In this document: positions 28,274-37,874 of the stretch, piece after piece | Numbering within the stretch: the first letter of the stretch is position 1 | How the letters are laid out: each line of letters begins with the position of its first letter | Source of the DNA: a virus | IMG/VR virus record: IMGVR_UViG_3300020733_000010 | Coordinates: 114,145-178,144 of that record | DNA: 64,000 nucleotides | Strand: one strand, 5' to 3' | Program-made: the position numbers and the translations under genes | The notes under the pieces: generated by a model | Database searches by the model: none | The model's input: only the letters and a program-made list of their open reading frames with translations | What the model was told of the DNA's origin: nothing

Positions 28274-31200
28274 ATGCCAATGATTGCAAGTATCGCATCA
28301 GCAGCAAGCAAAGCATTAGGTTTTATTGGATATACAGTTTTTGCATATTTAAAAGAAACTTATTTCAGCTATGTGTCTTTGTTAGTTAAGGCTAACTGGA
28401 ATAGTGTACTTGCTCCTAATCCACTTAGTGGGGTAAACAGCCCAAGTACTACACCCTTTATCAGTGATGCTGGGCTAAACAATGCATTACAACTTGCAAC
28501 TGCTGATGCAAGAAATGATATTTTTAATCCATATATGGGTGGATATTACAGTATCTACTTTAATACTGGTGATAAATTAACATTCCCTTCATCTTCACAG
28601 TTTGATTTTTCAGGTGGCTCTTGGACTATTGAATGTTGGTTCTATTCATTAACTCAGCCTGCTTCAGGTAATGCTACCCGACTGTTTATGTTTGGTGTTA
28701 ACGGTAGTAGCCCTGCATGGGGTTATGGATTTGGTCCTACAAATCAGATTAACTCAGGTCCAGCTTATTCTGGCACTGGATTAGCTACAGCTACTAATAT
28801 CTATTCGCTTAACACTTGGAATCATGTTGCTTGGAGCGTTAATTCAGGTAACATGTCAATTTATGTTAACGGTGTACTTTCTGCAGGTCCAACTGCAATT
28901 TCAGTACCTGTGTCAGGTGCAACTACATTAATCATTGGTTACGATACTGCTAGTACAGTTAGCTTTCAATATAACGGTTACTTAAGTAATGTTCGTATTA
29001 CGAAAGGTGTTGGTTTATATACATCAAACTTTACACCAAGTGCAACTCCGTTAACAACATCAGTTGGTACTGGTACAATCAGTGTCTTCACTGCTAATAG
29101 TAATAGATTTATTGATACATCAAGTAATGCATTTGCAATCACACTAACCGGTTCTCCTGCAATTTCACAAAATGTACCATTTACTGTACCGTCAACATAT
29201 TCAACTTATGGTAGTGGATATTTTACTGGTAGTTCAAGTACTTACATATCAGGTACGATTAGCGCATTAAATTTTGGTTCCCAACAGTTATCAGTCGAAA
29301 TGTGGATTTATCCAACCAATATTACAGTCAATAACCAAAGTTTATTTACAGCTGGCTCAGGTAACCTGGCTATTTTAATGGTAAGCCTCAACGGAACTAT
29401 ACAGCCTGGGCAATATGGTACCGCTAGTATAAGCAATAGTACAGGTACATGTACACCACTCGCATGGAATCATGTAGTAGTAACTAGAGATGGTAGTAAC
29501 AACTGGAGAACTTTTATTAATGGAGTGTTGCAAGGATATGGTTCTAAAACATTTACACCAAATAATAGTAGTTATTTAATTGGATATGGAACTGTAAGTA
29601 CCGTCGCATTTTATGGTTATATATCTGATTTACACGTGGTAGTAAATAATATACCCACAGCATATAACACAAGTGCAACAACTGTACCAACTACGGTGTT
29701 TATTCCACCTACTAGCCCTAATACACAAACACCTTATTCACAATTATTAACATTACAGTATAATGGTGCAAGTACAAATACAAGTGCATTAGATAGTGGA
29801 CCATATAACTTTCCTATTGGAAGGAGTGGTAGAGCGTTAACTGGAAGTTTTAGTCCTTATAGTGAAAATGGATGGAGTACATTGTTTAATGGTACCACAG
29901 ACTACTTGTCTGTATCCAATACTAACACAATGAACTTTGCCACAACCGGCGTTAATTTTACGATTGAAGTATGGGTATTCCCCTACACAACATCAGCCAC
30001 CTTGTCATCTATTATAGCAATGTGGACTCAAGGCGGAGCCGGAGCAGGGGACCAGTGGCTGATATATGTTGCAAGTAACGTTCTTTATTTTTATTGGCAG
30101 CCCTTCAGTGAATCTCTTCCTTGGTTAAGTGGCGGCTCAGTTCCAAACTATACTTGGACACATATTGCAGTAACAAGAAGTGGTACTACTTTCACCGTGT
30201 GGATTAACGGAGTTTCTATAGCTAGTGGCACAAATAGCGGAACAACAACAGGTAGTGGATATGCAGTCACAATTGGTTATTATGGTTCAGGTGCTGGTGC
30301 AAGCGCAACCAGTTATTGGAATGGATATATCAGCAACGTTCGTATTGTGACCGGTACCGCACTATATTCATCAACATTTGCCCCGTCAACAACACCATTA
30401 ACTCCTATTGCAGGAACTACATTGTTAACATGTCAATATAATAGATTTATTGACAATAGTAGTACAGTTGGTTATGCAATTACTGCTACAGGTACACCTA
30501 GAATAAAAGCCTATAATCCTTTTGGATCACATACATTTCTTCCAGCCACTAACACACAGAGTTTTAGTTATATAACAGGTGGATCAAACTGGTTTACTGT
30601 TGCTTCTAGTGGTACTAGTGCTTTTAACTTTGGTACAAACAATTTCACAATTGAATGTTGGGTTTATACTACTGCGTTTGGTAATGGCAATGCTGTTATA
30701 GTAATCTGGGACGGTGGTGGATCTACCGCACGATTTACACTAGGTTTATCTGCAAGTGGCGTAGGTAGTGATACTAGTAATGGTTTAAGTTTTTCATATA
30801 CTAATCCTAACACAGTAACACTCTCATTAAATACTTGGGCTCATGTTGCTATCACTAGAAGTGGTAATAATTGGTATTGGTATACGAACGGAGTATGCAA
30901 TCAAACTGCAACTAATTCGGCATCATTTACTCCTTCGAGCGTTAACATGACTATAGGAAACTATAGCAGTAGTTATAGTACAGGTACACAATATGTAAGT
31001 AACGTAAGAGTGGTTAACGGTACTGCACTTTATTCAGGTACAGCATCATTTACACCACCTACTACTGCATTATCTCTAGTACCTAACACCACCTTATTGT
31101 GGAATACTGCTGCATTAACCGACCAATCAACTAACAAACTAGCCATTACCGTTGGATCAGGAACACCTACATTAAGTAGAGCAAATCCATTTCTACTATC

Positions 31201-32470
31201 ATATACCTCTTCATTAGCAGCAACAGGAGTTCCTTATTCTGTGGCAATTGCTAGTGGCAGTATGTTTTTTGACGGTGCTTCATACTATAATGTTAACTCA
31301 ACCACTGCAATTACTTTTGGTACAGGTAACTTTACTATTGAATTCTGGATGTATAATTTAAGTTCTACTACAACTACACGTATGATGGGTAATACAGTTC
31401 CTTTAGGCACTTTCACTACAAATGGTTGGGTTATTGCACCAAGTTATAACCAATCAGGTAGCAATTATTTTATAGGAATGTCAGTATACAATTACAGTTC
31501 TAGTGCATTCATTGCAGTTAGTTCAATAAATATCCCATTATATACTTGGGCACATGTTGCTTTTGTAAGAAATGGTACAACACTTACTAGCTTTGTCAAT
31601 GGTGTGCTTGCAGGCACGACCACAAGTTTTTCAGTAAGCATGGACGGCGGCACTTTACCATTCAGAGTAGTTGGATTTAGTGGTATTAGTACTGATACTG
31701 GTTTTAATGGATACTTAACAGATGTTCGTGTAACCGTGGGTACTGCGTTATATAGTAATGGGTTCTATCCATCAGCGGCACCGTTAACAAATGCAACAAC
31801 AGGTGCCGCTGTATTATTAACTGGATCAAGTGCAGGAGTAATTGATTCAAGTACTAAAACAGATTTGATACCTGTTAATGGTACAGGTACAAACGTATAT
31901 CCGCAAGTTGTTCCTAACATTAAAAATAATAGTACAGGTAGTATTTATTTCTCCGGTACTAGTCCTCAAGCACTAAAACTCTCTGACCAATCAGTGGGTG
32001 ATTTTAACGCAGGTAATTTTACTGTTGAACTTTGGGTTTACTTCTTAACAGTTAGTGCTGGTTACCAACCTTTGATACATTACACTAATGGTTCAGCAGA
32101 CAAAAACGGATGGGCATTATATATTGAAACTAATAATACTATTGCGTTTGCAGCCTCTGCCGCATCAAACACCTGGAGTGTTGCATTGAATACAAGTGGT
32201 GTAGTTCCAAACATTAATGCTTGGAATCATGTAGCAATAGTACGAAATGGATCAACATGGACATTATATTTAAATGGTAATAGTGTTCAAACAACTTCAA
32301 GTAGTGTAAGTATAACGACACAAACAGGTGGTATGTATATTGGATATTATCCTTATTTCACAGGTGGCGCACGTTCGTTTAACGGATATATGGATGAAAT
32401 TAGAATCACTATGGGTATCGCAAGATATACTAGTAACTTTACGACACCTGGTGCAATGACAACTCAATAA
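28274..32470 (+). CDS. Multi-LamG/ConA-like lectin receptor-binding protein (1398 aa)
   Basis: Repeated LamG motifs (WTIECWFY, FTIEFW, WNHVAIVRNG, GYMDEIRIT); paralog of 16260..21518. Confidence 0.8.
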   Translation: MPMIASIASAASKALGFIGYTVFAYLKETYFSYVSLLVKANWNSVLAPNPLSGVNSPSTTPFISDAGLNNALQLATADARNDIFNPYMGGYYSIYFNTGDKLTFPSSSQFDFSGGSWTIECWFYSLTQPASGNATRLFMFGVNGSSPAWGYGFGPTNQINSGPAYSGTGLATATNIYSLNTWNHVAWSVNSGNMSIYVNGVLSAGPTAISVPVSGATTLIIGYDTASTVSFQYNGYLSNVRITKGVGLYTSNFTPSATPLTTSVGTGTISVFTANSNRFIDTSSNAFAITLTGSPAISQNVPFTVPSTYSTYGSGYFTGSSSTYISGTISALNFGSQQLSVEMWIYPTNITVNNQSLFTAGSGNLAILMVSLNGTIQPGQYGTASISNSTGTCTPLAWNHVVVTRDGSNNWRTFINGVLQGYGSKTFTPNNSSYLIGYGTVSTVAFYGYISDLHVVVNNIPTAYNTSATTVPTTVFIPPTSPNTQTPYSQLLTLQYNGASTNTSALDSGPYNFPIGRSGRALTGSFSPYSENGWSTLFNGTTDYLSVSNTNTMNFATTGVNFTIEVWVFPYTTSATLSSIIAMWTQGGAGAGDQWLIYVASNVLYFYWQPFSESLPWLSGGSVPNYTWTHIAVTRSGTTFTVWINGVSIASGTNSGTTTGSGYAVTIGYYGSGAGASATSYWNGYISNVRIVTGTALYSSTFAPSTTPLTPIAGTTLLTCQYNRFIDNSSTVGYAITATGTPRIKAYNPFGSHTFLPATNTQSFSYITGGSNWFTVASSGTSAFNFGTNNFTIECWVYTTAFGNGNAVIVIWDGGGSTARFTLGLSASGVGSDTSNGLSFSYTNPNTVTLSLNTWAHVAITRSGNNWYWYTNGVCNQTATNSASFTPSSVNMTIGNYSSSYSTGTQYVSNVRVVNGTALYSGTASFTPPTTALSLVPNTTLLWNTAALTDQSTNKLAITVGSGTPTLSRANPFLLSYTSSLAATGVPYSVAIASGSMFFDGASYYNVNSTTAITFGTGNFTIEFWMYNLSSTTTTRMMGNTVPLGTFTTNGWVIAPSYNQSGSNYFIGMSVYNYSSSAFIAVSSINIPLYTWAHVAFVRNGTTLTSFVNGVLAGTTTSFSVSMDGGTLPFRVVGFSGISTDTGFNGYLTDVRVTVGTALYSNGFYPSAAPLTNATTGAAVLLTGSSAGVIDSSTKTDLIPVNGTGTNVYPQVVPNIKNNSTGSIYFSGTSPQALKLSDQSVGDFNAGNFTVELWVYFLTVSAGYQPLIHYTNGSADKNGWALYIETNNTIAFAASAASNTWSVALNTSGVVPNINAWNHVAIVRNGSTWTLYLNGNSVQTTSSSVSITTQTGGMYIGYYPYFTGGARSFNGYMDEIRITMGIARYTSNFTTPGAMTTQ

Positions 32471-32502
32471 TATACCAACACTTTAACTACTGATAAGTAC
32501 TA

Positions 32503-32940
32503 GTGATGAATGTATTTCAACTCAACTATGAAGCCAGACTCAGTAGCTGGTATGAACTAAGAGTACAATTAGAAAACTCTGATTTAGAAAACATGTGCGT
32601 AGAGATAGATAAATGGTGGCAACATGCCCCATTAGTCACGCACCATTTACACCTACTTGACAGTGAAAGTTGGCCCGATCCTTGGGAACTTTTGGTAGAA
32701 AACACCTATTGTGAGGTTGCAAGAGCACTAGGAATGTGTTATACTTTGTTATTACTAGGTGTAGAATGTGTTGAAATAGCAGAAGCAACTAACAGTTTGG
32801 GCGATGATGTGGTCATAGTCCTAGTTGATAACGCAAAATATGTGATGAATTACTACCCAAACATGGTACTAAGTATATCATCACACGATTTTAACATCAA
32901 GCGCACGGTCAGTTTAGACAAAATAAAAACAAAAATTTAA
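32503..32940 (+). CDS. Hypothetical protein (145 aa)
   Basis: Intact ORF directly upstream of nrdA; WWQHAP, WPDPWELL and YC..ARALGMCYTL motifs; no family recognised. Confidence 0.6.
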   Translation: MMNVFQLNYEARLSSWYELRVQLENSDLENMCVEIDKWWQHAPLVTHHLHLLDSESWPDPWELLVENTYCEVARALGMCYTLLLLGVECVEIAEATNSLGDDVVIVLVDNAKYVMNYYPNMVLSISSHDFNIKRTVSLDKIKTKI

Positions 32941-32951
32941 GGTAAAAGATA

Positions 32952-35288
32952 ATGAATAACACCAACGTAATTAAACGTGATGGGACTAGTGTCCCTCTAG
33001 ATATTTCAAAGATACAAAGACAAGTTAGTTACGGATGCAAGGGGATAGAAAATGTATCTCCTAGTATGATAGAAATCAAAGCACAAATTGAGTTACATGA
33101 TGGCATGACAACTGAAACAATTGACGAACTATTGCTTAAAGCAATGGTTGACTTGATTGATGAAACAGAAAACCCAGATATTAACAACGTCAATTATCAA
33201 TATGTAGCAGGACGTCAAAAGGTCTCAATGCTACGTAAAGAAGTATATGGTACATATTCACCACCAAGACTATACGAGATTGTAAAGAAGAACACTGACT
33301 TGGGTATGTATACCCCAGAACTATTACAATGGTATACAGAAGATGAGTGGGATATAATTGACTTATTCATTGACCATAGCAAGGACGAAAATTATACCTA
33401 CGCGGCTATCGCACAACTTGCAGAAAAGTACTTAGTTCAGAACCGTGCTACTGGTCAAATCTTTGAGACACCTCAAGTACGTTATGCAATTGCAGCCGCC
33501 ACTGCATTCCATAATGAACCAAAAGATAAGAGACTAAAATATGTTAAAGAATATTATGAATGCGCTAGTGAAGGGCATTTCACATTGGCTACCCCCGTTC
33601 TTGCTGGTCTTGGTACAACTACTAAACAATTTAGTAGTTGTGTACTTATATCGTCCGATGACACACTAGACAGTATCTTTGCTGCTGGTGAAATGATGGC
33701 TAAGTATGCTAGTAAACGTGCTGGCATTGGCTTAGAACTAGGACGCATTCGCCCACTAGGTGCACCTATTCGTAACGGTGAAATCAAACATACTGGCATG
33801 ATTCCTTTCTTAAAGAAATGGTTTGGTGACTTGCGTAGTTGCAGTCAAGGCGGTGTGCGTAATGCAAGTTGTACAGTTACATTCCCTATCTGGCACTATC
33901 AGTTTGAAGACTTAATTGTATTAAAGAACAATCAAGGTACAGAAGAAACTCGTGTACGACAAATGGACTACTCAGTAGTCACAAGTAAGTTTTTCTTTAA
34001 CCGTTACAAGAACCAAGAAAATATCACATTGTTTGACCCACATGAAGTACCTGATCTTTATGAAGCATTCTATCGTGATACAGAAGAATTTGAAAAATTA
34101 TACACAATGTATGAACACAAACGTGGCATCAAAAAGAAAGTGTTGCCAGCAGTTGAAGTGTTCAAAAACGGTATTCTCAAAGAACGAACAGATACAGGTC
34201 GTATCTATTTGGTCTTTATTGACAATGTAATTAAACAAGGGCCTTTTGATACAAAACTAGACCCTATTTACCAGAGTAATCTATGTCAAGAGATACTATT
34301 ACCCACAAAGCCATTCCAACGTATTGAAGACGAGGCAGGTCGTATTGCCCTCTGTACATTGGGCAGTCAGAACTGGGGAGCGTTTAAGACGCCCCAAGAA
34401 ATGCGTAAGAGTGCTAGGGTACTAGTAAGAAGTTTAAGTAATCTCCTTAGCTATCAAGACTTCCTTTCTGTGCAAAGTAAGTTAGCTAACTTAGACTTTG
34501 AGCCTCTTGGTATAGGTATTACAAATTTAGCTTACTGGCATGCAAAACGCAGTTTCAAGTATGGGACACCAGAAGCACTAGCAGAAGTAAAACGCTGGAT
34601 GGAACATCAAGCATTCTATCTAACAGAAGCAAGCGTAGAACTAGCACAAGAAAAAGGTGCATGCGGTAAAAGTCAGCAAACATTCTATGGTCAAGGTATT
34701 TTCCCTTGGGAACGTAGAAGTGAGGGTGTTAACGAATTAACAGACTTTACTCCAAGCACTACATTAGATTGGGAAGGCTTGCGCCAAAAATTATTGAAGT
34801 ATGGTATTCGTAATGCTACACTAATGGCTGTAGCACCAGTAGAGTCCAGCAGTGTTGTGTTAAACTCCACCAACGGTATTGAAATGCCGATGGAATTGAT
34901 TAGTGTTAAGGAATCTAAAGCTGGATCGTTTGTGCAGGTTGTACCAGAGTACAAACGACTAAAGAACCGTTATCAACTAATGTGGGATCAAAAAGATTGT
35001 GCAGACTATCTTAAAACAGCAGCAGTATTGGCAGTATATATTGACCAATCACTAAGTACTAACACATTCTATAACCCTGCATATTTTGAAGGCGGCAAAG
35101 TTCCAGGTACATTGATTAGCAAGAACATTATGCTTGCATGTAAATGGGGAATCAAAACTCTATACTATAGCTTAATCAATAAAGTAGGTAGTAAGGCTCA
35201 ATTGAATGAACAAGATAATGTTATCCCGTTTGTTAAACAAGATTCAGTTGAGTTAGAAGATTTTGACTGTGAAGCATGTAAACTTTAA
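32952..35288 (+). CDS. nrdA: Ribonucleotide reductase class Ia alpha subunit
   Basis: N-terminal ATP-cone (VIKRDG), LATPVLAG, QFSSCVL, SNLCQEI, APVESSS, C-terminal CEAC; normal length with no intein or intron visible. Confidence 0.97.
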   Translation: MNNTNVIKRDGTSVPLDISKIQRQVSYGCKGIENVSPSMIEIKAQIELHDGMTTETIDELLLKAMVDLIDETENPDINNVNYQYVAGRQKVSMLRKEVYGTYSPPRLYEIVKKNTDLGMYTPELLQWYTEDEWDIIDLFIDHSKDENYTYAAIAQLAEKYLVQNRATGQIFETPQVRYAIAAATAFHNEPKDKRLKYVKEYYECASEGHFTLATPVLAGLGTTTKQFSSCVLISSDDTLDSIFAAGEMMAKYASKRAGIGLELGRIRPLGAPIRNGEIKHTGMIPFLKKWFGDLRSCSQGGVRNASCTVTFPIWHYQFEDLIVLKNNQGTEETRVRQMDYSVVTSKFFFNRYKNQENITLFDPHEVPDLYEAFYRDTEEFEKLYTMYEHKRGIKKKVLPAVEVFKNGILKERTDTGRIYLVFIDNVIKQGPFDTKLDPIYQSNLCQEILLPTKPFQRIEDEAGRIALCTLGSQNWGAFKTPQEMRKSARVLVRSLSNLLSYQDFLSVQSKLANLDFEPLGIGITNLAYWHAKRSFKYGTPEALAEVKRWMEHQAFYLTEASVELAQEKGACGKSQQTFYGQGIFPWERRSEGVNELTDFTPSTTLDWEGLRQKLLKYGIRNATLMAVAPVESSSVVLNSTNGIEMPMELISVKESKAGSFVQVVPEYKRLKNRYQLMWDQKDCADYLKTAAVLAVYIDQSLSTNTFYNPAYFEGGKVPGTLISKNIMLACKWGIKTLYYSLINKVGSKAQLNEQDNVIPFVKQDSVELEDFDCEACKL

Positions 35289-35296
35289 GGTTAAAT

Positions 35297-35479
35297 ATGA
35301 TAGACGCATACAATATTAGTTATATGTTAATGGATTCATGGCGTAAGTATGCTATGCGTTCTAGTGGGTCAATTTCAAAATTAGGAACAGTTCCTGTTTA
35401 TGTAGAAGTAAACGGTGAACTGAAACTTATCACAGACCTCGTTGAAGACGACGGTAAGATTTTATTAAAGACAGAATAA
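35297..35479 (+). CDS. Hypothetical protein (60 aa)
   Basis: Small ORF between nrdA and nrdB, coupled to the next ORF (TAATG). Confidence 0.5.
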   Translation: MIDAYNISYMLMDSWRKYAMRSSGSISKLGTVPVYVEVNGELKLITDLVEDDGKILLKTE

Positions 35480-35703
35480 TGGACGATCTAGTAACTGAAT
35501 CAGTGTCAGCAGATGACACTATCAAAAGCCTTCTCCTAAGTCACGGTATCACCGATGATTTAGTAATTGAGAACGAAGAAGAAAAAATAATGGTTATCAT
35601 GGCATTAACACAGACTGATATTATCGCTGTAAAGATTGATAACGAGGGTGCATTGTGCATCCAATATGAAGGTGAAAATTGGGAGAATAATAGTGAGCAT
35701 TGA
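35479..35703 (+). CDS. Hypothetical acidic protein (74 aa)
   Basis: Small ORF overlapping the nrdB start. Confidence 0.45.
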   Translation: MDDLVTESVSADDTIKSLLLSHGITDDLVIENEEEKIMVIMALTQTDIIAVKIDNEGALCIQYEGENWENNSEH

Positions 35704-36793
35704 ACAATATAATTTAACAAAACAAACAAACTATCTACAACGAAAAATGTTTCTAGACCCTGCAGGGCCTGTAACTGTACAAAGGTTTGAAGAAGTCAAG
35801 TATCCACGCATTGCTAAATATGAAGAAACAGCACGTGGCTTCTTCTGGGTCCCAGAAGAAATCAGTTTAACGAAAGACAAGATTGACCACAAAGAATCTA
35901 GTGATGCTATCAAGCATATCTTTACTAGCAATCTATTACGTCAAACAGCATTAGACAGTATTCAAGGTCGTGCTCCTAGTCAAGTATTCAGTCCTGTTAT
36001 CAGTATTCCAGAACTAGAAGCATTAGTAAGTAATTGGAGTTTCTTTGAGACAAACATACATAGCAAGAGTTATTCACACATTATTCGTAACATCTACGGA
36101 GTTCCAAAAGAAGAATTCAACAAAATCCACGATACCCAAGAAATCATCGGGATGGCAGCTAACGTTGGAAAGTATTACGAGGAGTTACATCAACTTAATT
36201 GTCGTAAAGAACTCGGAGAGGATGTTGATGTTATATCGCATAAAAAAGCGATTTGGCTTGCCCTTCATGCGTCATATGCGCTTGAAGCATTACGCTTCAT
36301 GGTCTCGTTCGCAACAAGTTTAGCAATGGTAGAGAACAAGATTTACATAGGCAATGGGAACATTATCTCATTGATTTTACAAGATGAATTACTCCACACA
36401 GAATGGACAGCTTGGCTTATCAACAATGTCGTCAAAGACGATATTGACTTTATACAGATTCAGGCTGCTACATATCGTGACGTTTATGATTTGTATATGG
36501 AGGTCATTAATGAAGAAAAACAGTGGGCTGACTATCTATTCAGTAGGGGTGTCGTTATTGGACTCAACGCCGACATTCTCAAGGATTTTGTTGACTTTAC
36601 TGCTTACACCAGACTTAAAGACATTGGTATAAAATATAACGAATCTTATCCAAAACACAGTCCTATTCCATGGTTCAATAAGCATGTGAATATCAACAAA
36701 AAGCAAAGTGCTTTACAAGAAACAGAATCAACTAACTACGTTATTGGCGTTATGAGTGACATAGTTGAATTCGATGAATTACCGCAACTATAA
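35693..36793 (+). CDS. nrdB: Ribonucleotide reductase class Ia beta subunit
   Basis: FWVPEEI, QTALDSIQ, ETNIHSKSY, EALRF and DELLH diiron/tyrosyl-radical motifs; start placed at GTG 35693 after gggag. Confidence 0.95.
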   Translation: MSIEQYNLTKQTNYLQRKMFLDPAGPVTVQRFEEVKYPRIAKYEETARGFFWVPEEISLTKDKIDHKESSDAIKHIFTSNLLRQTALDSIQGRAPSQVFSPVISIPELEALVSNWSFFETNIHSKSYSHIIRNIYGVPKEEFNKIHDTQEIIGMAANVGKYYEELHQLNCRKELGEDVDVISHKKAIWLALHASYALEALRFMVSFATSLAMVENKIYIGNGNIISLILQDELLHTEWTAWLINNVVKDDIDFIQIQAATYRDVYDLYMEVINEEKQWADYLFSRGVVIGLNADILKDFVDFTAYTRLKDIGIKYNESYPKHSPIPWFNKHVNINKKQSALQETESTNYVIGVMSDIVEFDELPQL

Positions 36794-36802
36794 GGAAATA
36801 TT

Positions 36803-37057
36803 ATGGCAGCTTGGCATCAATTCCCATCACCTAAGTTTCCGAATGATCCCTGGAACATGCCCAAGTTTGGTATGTTATGCTTAGTTGGATCAACTGAAAA
36901 CGACCCCAACCCAGTGCAGGGAGTATATGTTTATCCTGACTTTGGGAACACACTATTTGTAACTCCTGACAAGGATCAAACACCTATTGATATTAAATCA
37001 GGGTATTGGTGCGAGCCAGGATTGACAGAGCATTTTGTATATCATATTCATAGATAA
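36803..37057 (+). CDS. Hypothetical protein (84 aa)
   Basis: SD aagga; intact ORF between nrdB and glutaredoxin. Confidence 0.55.
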   Translation: MAAWHQFPSPKFPNDPWNMPKFGMLCLVGSTENDPNPVQGVYVYPDFGNTLFVTPDKDQTPIDIKSGYWCEPGLTEHFVYHIHR

Positions 37058-37067
37058 GGAGAAAATA

Positions 37068-37298
37068 ATGAAAGCAATTGTATGGAGTAAGTATCATTGC
37101 CCATATTGTGACCAAGCGAAAGCATTGCTCACAAGTAAGGGTATTGAATTTGAAGAACGTAAAATCGGCGACGGTTATACAAAAGAGGATCTACTAGAAG
37201 CAGCCCCTACAGCACGTTCAGTTCCACAAATCTTTTTAGATGGTGAATTGATCGGTGGGTTCACTGAACTCAAAACAAAACTAACAGAAGGCATTTAA
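37068..37298 (+). CDS. Glutaredoxin
   Basis: CPYC active site, SVPQIF, IGGF; start placed at ATG 37068 after SD aaggag. Confidence 0.93.
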   Translation: MKAIVWSKYHCPYCDQAKALLTSKGIEFEERKIGDGYTKEDLLEAAPTARSVPQIFLDGELIGGFTELKTKLTEGI

Positions 37299-37591
37299 TG
37301 GAAACAGGAAAAATCTACACATTTAAGTTGAACAGTGGTGAAGAAGTCATTGGAAAATATATCGACCAAGTTGATAATTATATGACAATTCAATCACCTG
37401 TAAGCATTATGGCAGGACCAAAAGGGGTTCAACTAATGCCCTCAATGTTCACTGTAGACCCAGACAGTCAAGTTACGCTAAATATTAATAGTGTTTCAAT
37501 TTATGCTGACACGGACGAAAGCGTTCAAAACAAGTATATTGAAGCAACAACAGGAATTCAAGTTCCTGACAAGAAAATATTAGTAGGATAA
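37298..37591 (+). CDS. Conserved phage protein, possible Sm-like fold (97 aa)
   Basis: KIYTFKLNSGEEVIGK pattern; coupled to glutaredoxin. Confidence 0.55.
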   Translation: METGKIYTFKLNSGEEVIGKYIDQVDNYMTIQSPVSIMAGPKGVQLMPSMFTVDPDSQVTLNINSVSIYADTDESVQNKYIEATTGIQVPDKKILVG

Positions 37592-37592
37592 T

Positions 37593-37874
37593 ATGGCAAA
37601 ATTAAGTCGTAAGGGTGATAGAAATCAGGAAGGTGGTGCGATTATCCGCGGCGCTGGTACTGTGTTTGCTAACGGAATAAATGTCGGACTACACGTTAGT
37701 AAAATTACACCACACGCTCCATGGGGTGACAGTCACGGACCACATGAAGCAGCGACAACAACACAAGGATCTCCAACTGTTTTCGCCGAGGGAGTACCCG
37801 TACTCCGTGTAGGATCAGGAAACAGTTGCGGGCATTCTATTGTTGAAGGTAGTCCCGACGTATTTGTACCATGA
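37593..37874 (+). CDS. PAAR-motif baseplate spike tip protein (T4 gp5.4-like)
   Basis: LSRKGD..GGAI..G..TVFANG, His-rich HAPWGDSHGPH, GSPTVFAEG.PV.RVG, CGH, GSPDVF. Confidence 0.85.
   Translation: MAKLSRKGDRNQEGGAIIRGAGTVFANGINVGLHVSKITPHAPWGDSHGPHEAATTTQGSPTVFAEGVPVLRVGSGNSCGHSIVEGSPDVFVP

Noticed and set aside
1-32470. Many short antisense or alternate-frame ORFs in the track (e.g. 14163..14645, 22609..22956, 3659..3964)
   Set aside because: They are shadows of repetitive Gly/Thr-rich genes, with no RBS or recognisable motifs.
16260-32470. Possible diversity-generating retroelement targeting the lectin proteins
   Set aside because: No reverse transcriptase and no TR/VR pair differing only at adenines were seen in the window.
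32952-36793. Intein or intron in nrdA or nrdB
   Set aside because: Both genes are of ordinary length with contiguous catalytic motifs.
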